From the NCBI GenBank assembly GCA_000002435.2, contig CM018791.1: a DNA stretch of 64,000 bases; one strand, 5' to 3'. Made by a program: the position numbers and the translations under genes. Of this stretch, positions 10,348-18,104 are shown piece after piece. How positions within the stretch are numbered: the first letter of the stretch is position 1; each line of letters opens with the position of its first letter. Source of the stretch: Giardia intestinalis. Lineage: Eukaryota. The notes beneath the pieces are model-generated. The model had not been told where the DNA came from. It did not search any database and was given only the letters and a program-made list of their open reading frames with translations.

Positions 10348-12753
10348 ATGGCACTCAAACGAATCTTATCGGTCAAGAATCTCAAGCCTCTTTGGGAGGA
10401 GACCACCATGGTGCGGCAGTGTACTAACTCTCGAGTGTTATGTTGCTATAAACTCGAAGACAATGAGGTGGACGATGACGAGAAAGCGCACCTCAAAACG
10501 CGTCTAGACCTTCTACTCACCGTCCGGCACCAGGGGATGCGCCTTATTTATGAGCCCACTAGTCCGCCTTATCTGTTCTACGCCTACTGTGGCGGGGGCA
10601 GTCTTCAAGATGCCTTCAAGAGCCATATTCTTCAAGAGACGAAATTCTCGCGTGACGAAATTTTGGACATGTTGTATCAACTTGCAAGCTTGTGCATCTT
10701 TTTGTACGAGTCCCAGACAGGCATACTGGATGAAAATAGCATAATCATAGATCCTCGATGCATATTCTACGATGATTACGGTATGTTGCGGGTGGAGTTC
10801 GGCTGCCCAATGTTCAAGATGGTCCATGTAAAGAAGAAATTTACAAGCACTGCAGATGCTGGAGATGTTGTGATGATGACATCTCTCCCCTTGCCCGATC
10901 TGTTCTACGATATGAGTGGCGCTATCGATCCAGAGTCTATGATGGGTGCCAACATCTTTAACAGAAGGGATAACTTCTCTGACATCGCATCGGATACAAG
11001 TGCATCGGTATCTGAAGTAGCAATGGCAGACTCTTCAACCAATGCTATCACTAACTCAGAGCATAACTCCAGTGTTCAGTCTAACACCCAGTCTAACGCC
11101 AAAGCCTCTAAGTACCTGCATGACCCCCTGACTCCTTACAGGCGGCAACCATTAAACACTGATATCTGTCACCATGATCGGTATGTACCACCAGAATATT
11201 ACAACCAACAGCAGGACACGCCAGAAGGTGTAGTATGGAGTATTGGGCGGCTACTCTATGATGCCTGTCAGCTCACTGGATCAATTCACAAGACTGCTCT
11301 TTCATCACTGGATAAGGAGTACTACACAAAGGGACTGGACAAGGAATACGGAGCAGATTTAGCCATCCTTCTACGTAGCATGATGCAAACTAATTACAGG
11401 AAGAGGCCTACCTTGAGTTACATCTTGAATCTGCCCCTTCTCATGGGTGCTCGAAGGAGCTTTGAGGAGAGACACGGTATTGTGCGAACGGCTGACGGAA
11501 ATACACAACTTATGATCGCAGCTGCTGAGGGGGACATTGCATCCGTCCGGAGATATCTCTACCAGCGATGCTACAGGAATAACCGGGGGGAAACAGCTCT
11601 GATGCTTGCTTTGAAGCACGGACAAGAGGACGCAGGGCTTTTGTTAGCAGATGAAGAGTGTGGATTTGTGGATACAGATGGCAATTTCGGGGCCAAGTAT
11701 GCTCTGTCTAATAGTATAAGTACAGTGTTTCAGAAGCTATCTGTGACAGAGAGGTTCCTCCTAATTAAGTACGGTATTACACACTTGATGATTGCTGCCA
11801 CCAGCGGCGATGTTGCAGGCGTATCCTCCTATCTGGAGGGCAGCGCAGGCTTGGTCCTCAACGGACCAGGAACGACAGCGCTAATGATGGCGGCGTCTGT
11901 TGGTTCGACAGGATGCGTGGAGCAGCTTGCGGCATACGAGGCCCGGATACAGGATGCCAAGGGAATGACCGCCATGATGCACGCTGTACTTCGCGGACAG
12001 ACCGATGTGGTCTGCTTTCTGAGTCAATATGAGGCTAATTATTTGGATAATAACGGTATCAGCGCCCTTATTCATGCTGTCTATGAGCATGAACGGATAA
12101 AAGAAAAGATAAGACAGGAAACTAAAGCCATCCGGCCCGGGAATATAGGCGTGTTGAGTGCCAGGTGTGGGCAGTTGCTTTATATTATTTCGCACCTAGC
12201 ACCGTTGGAGGCGCGTCACAGAACCTCTGGTGGCTACTCTGCACTTATGCTCGCGGCCCAGTATGGAAATATTCGCGCTGTTGAGTCACTTCTTAAGTAC
12301 GAAGGTGGACTGCAAGCAGAGGATGGAACAACTGCCCTTATGCTAGCTATCCGCTATGGGTACACATCTGTTGCTAAAGTTCTGGTACCAATTGAGGCGG
12401 GGTTAACTACCAACGGTAAAAGCACCCAGGGGGACAAGTACACTGCACTTATGGAAGCTGCTGTATGTGGGGATCTGGAAATTGTCAATGCTCTTGCTCC
12501 AAAAGAAGTCCATATCGTACAGACCCCAACAACGAAGTTTCCTGCCGGGAAGACAGCTGCAGATTGGGGCACAGAGTCAGCTGTCTCCGTGGACACAAAA
12601 ACAAAGCAAGACGTTCTCTTTGCTCTGATGATCTACCAAGAGCGTGTAAAACTTGCTGATTCACCCGTCCAAAAGACATTCAAGGAGTTCCTTATGCTGC
12701 TATCTCCACTTATAGTTCTTTTGGTCATGCTTCTACGCAAATATGCAAGATAG
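10348..12753 (+). CDS. NEK-like protein kinase-fold domain (probably catalytically inactive) fused to C-terminal ankyrin repeats; 801 aa
   Basis: ATG at 10348. The N-terminal roughly 380 aa have a kinase-like fold but lack a canonical HRD motif, and the DFG position reads EFG (LRVEFGCP). The C-terminal half has many ankyrin repeats with the recurring TALM.AA / G.TALM.A motif. This matches the diplomonad NEK-ankyrin family. Confidence 0.65.
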   Translation: MALKRILSVKNLKPLWEETTMVRQCTNSRVLCCYKLEDNEVDDDEKAHLKTRLDLLLTVRHQGMRLIYEPTSPPYLFYAYCGGGSLQDAFKSHILQETKFSRDEILDMLYQLASLCIFLYESQTGILDENSIIIDPRCIFYDDYGMLRVEFGCPMFKMVHVKKKFTSTADAGDVVMMTSLPLPDLFYDMSGAIDPESMMGANIFNRRDNFSDIASDTSASVSEVAMADSSTNAITNSEHNSSVQSNTQSNAKASKYLHDPLTPYRRQPLNTDICHHDRYVPPEYYNQQQDTPEGVVWSIGRLLYDACQLTGSIHKTALSSLDKEYYTKGLDKEYGADLAILLRSMMQTNYRKRPTLSYILNLPLLMGARRSFEERHGIVRTADGNTQLMIAAAEGDIASVRRYLYQRCYRNNRGETALMLALKHGQEDAGLLLADEECGFVDTDGNFGAKYALSNSISTVFQKLSVTERFLLIKYGITHLMIAATSGDVAGVSSYLEGSAGLVLNGPGTTALMMAASVGSTGCVEQLAAYEARIQDAKGMTAMMHAVLRGQTDVVCFLSQYEANYLDNNGISALIHAVYEHERIKEKIRQETKAIRPGNIGVLSARCGQLLYIISHLAPLEARHRTSGGYSALMLAAQYGNIRAVESLLKYEGGLQAEDGTTALMLAIRYGYTSVAKVLVPIEAGLTTNGKSTQGDKYTALMEAAVCGDLEIVNALAPKEVHIVQTPTTKFPAGKTAADWGTESAVSVDTKTKQDVLFALMIYQERVKLADSPVQKTFKEFLMLLSPLIVLLVMLLRKYAR

Positions 12754-13054
12754 ACTACTTGCTACGTCTTCTTGCCCACGAGGAAGGACGGTAGCCTCAG
12801 GTACTGGCTCATAAACTCTCGCTGCGTCCTCTGTGAAAGGGTGGGTTTGCACCCCAGCTGAGAGACACGTCCGTGCCAGCGGGGTGTTGTGACAAAGATG
12901 GGCTGGCCAAGTGCAACTTGAAATCCATTGCAGTAGTGCCCGTCGCAATCGTGGAGAGACTCTCCGTCGTACCGAGGATCTGGCGGGAAGGCATGTGGAC
13001 CGCTGGACCTCTCAGTCATCCCCTTCCTGCACCTGTGACACGTCCTGGGTGTCC

Positions 13055-13774
13055 ATGGTTCTGAGGCCTGTCTGTGCATTGTGCACGGACTCGTGTGCTG
13101 TCTGTAAGGATGGCACACCAACCGGCTGTCAGCAGTGCAGCCCCGGCAAGATCCTGAACTTCTCGATCGCCTCCAGTGAGAGTGCAGACTGCGTTAGCCA
13201 GTGTTCTGTTGGTAGTGAGTGTGCAGAGTGCGTGGGGGAGCTCTTCGTGAGCCTGGACGGGCAGTCGTGCCTGGAGGAGTGCAGCGGGGACAAGGTAGTG
13301 GGAGAGGTGTCCGGCGGCGTGCGGAGGTGCTGGTGCGAGCGGGGCTTCCTGCCGGCGCTGGACAGGTCCGGGTGTGTGCTCCCAATCGAGTGTCCTCCTG
13401 ACATGCCGTCGTGTGCTGCCTGCGATGAGTCGGGCAGGTGCCTCTTGTGTGCCACCTCGGGCCACAACGTTCAAGTAGACCAGCGGACGTGTGCAGAAGG
13501 GTGCGGTGCCAGGGCCTCATCGAACCAGGGGGTGTGTATGTGCGAGACTGGTACAATTCTTGATAAGGGCGTCTGCGTCCCAGCCAATGATGTAGCTAAA
13601 AGAAAAACGGCGGCAATCGCAGGAGGGACGGTGGCCGGGGTAGCTGTCATCGGCGTTTTGGTTGGTTTCCTTTGCTGGTGGTTCATTTTTAGGGGCAAGC
13701 GCACCAGTGCCCCATCAAATGCTACGTCCATCACGCTGAGTCTACGTGGTAACACAGTGCTCGCCAATGCATAG
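13055..13774 (+). CDS. high-cysteine membrane protein (HCMP/VSP-like) with CXXC/CXC motifs, C-terminal TM helix and short basic tail; no convincing signal peptide, possibly a 5'-truncated gene relic
   Basis: The ORF track starts this ORF at 12911, but that codon is GTG. The first ATG is at 13055. The protein is rich in CxxC motifs (CALCTDSCAVCKDG...GCQQC...CAECVGE...). It ends with a TM helix (VAGVAVIGVLVGFLCWWFIF), RGKR, and a tail that does not end in the VSP-type CRGKA. Confidence 0.5.
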   Translation: MVLRPVCALCTDSCAVCKDGTPTGCQQCSPGKILNFSIASSESADCVSQCSVGSECAECVGELFVSLDGQSCLEECSGDKVVGEVSGGVRRCWCERGFLPALDRSGCVLPIECPPDMPSCAACDESGRCLLCATSGHNVQVDQRTCAEGCGARASSNQGVCMCETGTILDKGVCVPANDVAKRKTAAIAGGTVAGVAVIGVLVGFLCWWFIFRGKRTSAPSNATSITLSLRGNTVLANA

Positions 13775-13831
13775 GTCCGACAAGCAGCAACTGTTGTCGA
13801 TGCACAGACTGAAGGTCGTGCTCTATGTCCA

Positions 13832-13838
13832 AGTGAAC
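13832..13838 (+). promoter_or_regulatory. candidate polyadenylation signal AGTGAAC (AGTRAAY type) about 58 nt downstream of the HCMP-like stop
   Basis: Exact match to the diplomonad AGTRAAY consensus. It is further from the stop than is typical, so this is weak. Confidence 0.3.
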
Positions 13839-14075
13839 GGTTTATGCGCTGACTCTCTGCTCCCTACAAAGAAACAAAGGCCTTTCTACTAGAGATGAAC
13901 TACCAATAGAGGAAGTCGATGAGTCTCCGACTACTACAACCACAGCTGCAGAAATACCCGTTATGGCGCTAGCAGAAAGGTTGGGATCGGTGAATATGCA
14001 CTTGTCATCATCCAACCTGTAGTCGTCCCCGCGCTGATAGTGCCTGCTATCTGTGTTACACCTGACATTCAATTC

Positions 14076-14093
14076 ATTCGGTTGCAACCGAAT
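14076..14093. repeat. 18-bp perfect palindrome ATTCGGTTGCAACCGAAT
   Basis: Read directly. It lies in the unusually long (444 bp) spacer between the HCMP-like gene and BMS1, about 125 bp upstream of the BMS1 ATG. Confidence 0.8.
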
Positions 14094-14218
14094 AAGTCAG
14101 CTGGTGACGACCCGTACTGAGCAACCTACCAACTCGTGGCCGACAGGGCCATCTCGATGAAGCAGAGTAAACCAGTGAGTATATTTAAAAAGAAAGCGGC
14201 AAGTCCCTAATAATTGAA

Positions 14219-17200
14219 ATGTCTGAGCGTAAGGTGACAGATGAGCAGGAGAACACGAAGCACAAGGCAACGAAGAGCACACGCGGTCGTAAGAACAAGC
14301 TGAAGAAGCGCGAGAACGTTCGGGAGGCCATTAAGGACGGCACTCGGCCACACCATGTGAACATGAAGGCATACAGCTTTAAATCCGTTGTAGCAGCGCG
14401 GAGAGTAATACAACGACAGGCCAATGCGCTTCAGAAGGCTGCAAAGCTGCCGTATGTGGCGCGCTACGGAGACTACCCGCCTCCGGACCTGGTTGCGATT
14501 ATAGGCCCGAAAGGTGTTGGAAAGACGACACTCACCAAAGCCCTTGTCAAGGTTGTAGGTGGGTACTCCATATCAGACCCCACAGGGCCGATAACAGTTG
14601 TGGCATCCAAAACAAAAAGAATTACCTTCTACGATGTGCCCGCATCTATACCAGCGATTCTAGACATATCGAAACTTGTCAACTTGGTCATCCTTGTTGT
14701 GAATGCAAAGATTGGCCTCGAGGTTGAGCACTATGAGTATCTTAACATACTCCAGGCCACTGGGTTTCCCCGGGTCTTCACCGTTTTCACGCACTTAGAC
14801 GAATTCCATAAGATCAAAGCTTTGCGGGGTGAAAAGTCTCGGCTTCGAGAACGCATTTGGAAGGAGGTCCACCCAGGATCCCGGGTATTTTACATGAATG
14901 GGCTGGCGTACGGAAGGACATACCATAAGACAGATATAGCCCTTCTTGCACGTATTCTGTCACGGCAAGAATATAAGCTAGGTCTCAATTGGCGCGATAA
15001 TCACGCCGGCGTTCTGATAGATCGTATCGAGGATATAACGGACCCCGGACTTCTGAGCAAGGTTAATCAAGAGAAGAATAAGCTCGTCAAACACACGCTT
15101 CTTGTCTATGGTTATGTTCGAGGGACATATATGGATCCTGCGCAGCATTTTTGCATTCCAGGAGCGGGAAACGTCATCGTCAAATCAATGAAGCAATTGC
15201 CAGATCCCTGCCAGTGTTTTGAGCAGCAGAAAAAGGATGGAGAAGGCCGTCGCTCGCTTTCCTCTAAGACTAAGACAATATATGCACCGTTCAGCAACAT
15301 GGGTGATGTATTCCATGATAAAGATGGCCTGTGGTTGCGAGTACACGAGACAGGTGTGCGCTGGAAGGACGAGAAAGAGGATGATCTTCCTACTGGTTTA
15401 AAAATGCTGCGAAACTTAGAGAACATCGACCCTAAAGAAAGAGACAAAGCCGCGCTTGGCATCCGTCTTGTGGATGACTCGGATCAAGAGCTGGATTCAC
15501 AACAACACACAGAGGACATAGTGCAGGCTTCGGAAGCAGACACAAAGGAGGAATCAGCGTCACAAGCTCAGGACGAGGAATATGAAACAGAGGAGGAGCA
15601 ATCTAGTGACGGAGAAGAAAATGCATTTCTTAAGGAGGCACAATTGGTCCAGCAAAGTAGCCACGTTAAGCAGACAGAGCATGCTGCCGAGCATTTAAGT
15701 TTTGAGGAAAGTAGTGATAACATTGCAGACATTGATTACGATATAATGATGGCTGGCAAAAAGGAAAAGATAGCTAACAGTGATTCGTCTGAGATAACTG
15801 GTAGCGACGGCGTGTCTAATGAGAACCAGAGTGAGGGTTCCTCTAGTGACGAATCCACGGGAGGCAATACCGGCGTAACAACTGAAAACCCGTACGCATC
15901 CATCCATCTGGCAACTCCAGTGGGGGCTAAGATTGCATTGGAGGACCTTGTCTATAACATGGATGGGATCTTAGCAGAAATGAAGACGAAAGGATTATCG
16001 CCAGCTATGACGCATACAACGAGATCTGCTGCCATAATGTCCAAACTGGTCCCCTTGTTTGACGACGATGGCCCTGACATCTACGGTAGCTCTGCGGCAA
16101 CCATAGATAAGTTCTCACTACTGCCAATCTATGACCCTGGAAAGGCTGTGCAGTACGATGGGGCAGTTACAAAGTCAGGTGGATCGGCGCTCTATACCGG
16201 TATCAATTTGGCGGGGAAGAACTTCTACAAGCTGGAGTCCCACAGAGACATCAGCAACATAATACCTAAGGATGCCGCCTACTCTCAAGCGTTTACAGAA
16301 ACACTTCAGGGTTCAATCAAAAAGCAGCTTTCAGGCCTGCGCCTGGCCGACCTTGACTGGAAGAGAACAAAGAATAGTGTGTGTACCGGCGATTGGGACA
16401 TGGCCAAAATTCTAGACGCCGTTCTACACGGTGAAGTATACAAAGGAAAAGAGCATCAGAAGGATGGAGCTGGTGGTGTCCATATTGCAGAGGATGGTGT
16501 ACTCGAGATAGGCTACCAAACAGGTTCTGAAAAGCCTGCTGATGCTGATGCAACGGAAACAAACGCCTCAAATGCTAAATCCCAGGTCGGCCTAGAGTAC
16601 ACTATTCCTCAGTCGAAGCGCGGGAAGCACGCCAACCCGTCCGCTGCTGACAAGAAACTAGCAAATGATACAAACGAGCTTCTCGAGGGCCTGGAGCTGA
16701 ACAACGATGGTATGGAGAAGAATCAGCGAGAGGCAGATGAGGTCAAAGAGAGGAATGCAGCGTTCACCAAGAATTTCACTGACGAGTCTAGGTTCCCACC
16801 CGGGACGTATCTTCGGATTGAGCTAGAGGGAATAGACCACGAGTTTGCCCAAAACTACTCATCAATTAACCCGCTAGTTCTGGGGGTTGTGCTGCCCGGC
16901 GAGCAGAACTATGGGTACATAACCGCCAAAGTAAAGAGGCACCGCTGGCACGACAAAATCCTCAAGACCAAGAACCCAGTTTTTGTGTCGTGTGGTTGGA
17001 AACGATATCAAACCATTCCATACTACTCCATGGAGCAGCAAGGATCGATGGCAGACATCAACACCGACGAGGTGATGGAGGCAGGCAGACACCGGATGCT
17101 GAAGTACACGCCTGAAAACATGTATTGCTACTGCACCTTCTGGGGCCCGATTGTTCCAGCAAACACAGGATTTCTATTTTTCGATACGATTGATGATACA

Positions 17201-18100
17201 CAGAGGAGCTTTAGAATCGGTGCCACAGGTACCGTTGTCAATACTGGTTTGCGCCATATGGTGTATAAAAAATTGAAGCTTGTTGGAGCTGTTAACAAAG
17301 TCTTCAGGAACACAGCCTTCATAGAGAAGTTATTCACCTCAAAACTGGAGGCCATGGCGTTTATCGGAGCCGGAATCCGGACTGTGAGTGGAATACGGGG
17401 TATTATCAAAAAGGCAGAGAAGCAGCCCGAGGGCCTTGTGCGGGCATCCTTCGAAGACAAGGTTGCCCAGTCAGACATCATATTCCTTCGCACCTACGTT
17501 CCAATTACCATCATCAAGTTTTGCTATGAAATGCTCAACCACTACTATGTGTACGACGAGTATACCAGAGAGTACATCATCCCTGGAAAGAAGAAGAGTC
17601 ATTATGAGCAGCCTCTCCGAATAAAGACTTTTGCAGAGTTGAGACACGAACGTAACCTTCCGATCCCAATAAATCCTGATTCCATCTATCTGCAGAAGAC
17701 GGCTCGAGTAGTAGATCAGTTTATAGAGGACGAACACAGGGAGGAGCTCCTCAACATGGTGCCCACGCGACTGTTGAAGTCGCTTCCGTTTGAAAACCAG
17801 CATGAGATTGTCATAGCGAAGAACAAGCCCAATCTGATTAAAGATGAGTTCTTGAAGAGCCTCGCCGATGGTAGTGGTGTTGAACACGAACGTGAGAAGG
17901 TGTTAAACGATCTTCTTGTGGTTAAAAAGGAGCAGGACAGAAAGCAGGTTGAAATAAAGAAGAAAGAAGAAGAGGAGAAGAGGATAGAGGAGGAGATAAA
18001 GGCGATGCATATTCGTGAAAAGACGAAAGACTTACGGAAGCGGAAACGCATAGTGCGCCAAAAGCATGAGGAAAAGAGAATTAGCGCCAAGAAACTTTGA
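14219..18100 (+). CDS. BMS1: ribosome biogenesis GTPase BMS1
   Basis: The N-terminal GTPase domain reads ...DLVAIIGPKGVGKTTLTKALVKVV...GPITVV...RITFYDVP.... A BMS1-typical central acidic region follows. A C-terminal segment (KVKRHRWHDKILKTKNPVFVSCGWKRYQTIPYY) and a K/E-rich tail are both closely similar to yeast and human Bms1. ATG verified at 14219. Confidence 0.9.
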   Translation: MSERKVTDEQENTKHKATKSTRGRKNKLKKRENVREAIKDGTRPHHVNMKAYSFKSVVAARRVIQRQANALQKAAKLPYVARYGDYPPPDLVAIIGPKGVGKTTLTKALVKVVGGYSISDPTGPITVVASKTKRITFYDVPASIPAILDISKLVNLVILVVNAKIGLEVEHYEYLNILQATGFPRVFTVFTHLDEFHKIKALRGEKSRLRERIWKEVHPGSRVFYMNGLAYGRTYHKTDIALLARILSRQEYKLGLNWRDNHAGVLIDRIEDITDPGLLSKVNQEKNKLVKHTLLVYGYVRGTYMDPAQHFCIPGAGNVIVKSMKQLPDPCQCFEQQKKDGEGRRSLSSKTKTIYAPFSNMGDVFHDKDGLWLRVHETGVRWKDEKEDDLPTGLKMLRNLENIDPKERDKAALGIRLVDDSDQELDSQQHTEDIVQASEADTKEESASQAQDEEYETEEEQSSDGEENAFLKEAQLVQQSSHVKQTEHAAEHLSFEESSDNIADIDYDIMMAGKKEKIANSDSSEITGSDGVSNENQSEGSSSDESTGGNTGVTTENPYASIHLATPVGAKIALEDLVYNMDGILAEMKTKGLSPAMTHTTRSAAIMSKLVPLFDDDGPDIYGSSAATIDKFSLLPIYDPGKAVQYDGAVTKSGGSALYTGINLAGKNFYKLESHRDISNIIPKDAAYSQAFTETLQGSIKKQLSGLRLADLDWKRTKNSVCTGDWDMAKILDAVLHGEVYKGKEHQKDGAGGVHIAEDGVLEIGYQTGSEKPADADATETNASNAKSQVGLEYTIPQSKRGKHANPSAADKKLANDTNELLEGLELNNDGMEKNQREADEVKERNAAFTKNFTDESRFPPGTYLRIELEGIDHEFAQNYSSINPLVLGVVLPGEQNYGYITAKVKRHRWHDKILKTKNPVFVSCGWKRYQTIPYYSMEQQGSMADINTDEVMEAGRHRMLKYTPENMYCYCTFWGPIVPANTGFLFFDTIDDTQRSFRIGATGTVVNTGLRHMVYKKLKLVGAVNKVFRNTAFIEKLFTSKLEAMAFIGAGIRTVSGIRGIIKKAEKQPEGLVRASFEDKVAQSDIIFLRTYVPITIIKFCYEMLNHYYVYDEYTREYIIPGKKKSHYEQPLRIKTFAELRHERNLPIPINPDSIYLQKTARVVDQFIEDEHREELLNMVPTRLLKSLPFENQHEIVIAKNKPNLIKDEFLKSLADGSGVEHEREKVLNDLLVVKKEQDRKQVEIKKKEEEEKRIEEEIKAMHIREKTKDLRKRKRIVRQKHEEKRISAKKL

Positions 18101-18104
18101 GCAC

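Noticed and set aside
12911-13054. ORF-track starts that are not ATG (12911 GTG, 28751 GTG, 27502 TTG, 60983 TTG, 440 GTG)
   Set aside because: The ORF caller evidently allows bacterial alternative start codons. For a eukaryote I moved the starts to the first in-frame ATG (13055, 28757, 27484). For the ITPK1-like fragment the only ATG is far downstream (61202).
13016-13767. Several 98-152-aa minus-strand ORFs inside the HCMP-like gene
   Set aside because: They are antisense read-through artefacts of a GC-rich, Cys-codon-rich region. Their products are Pro/Arg/Ala-rich and not protein-like.
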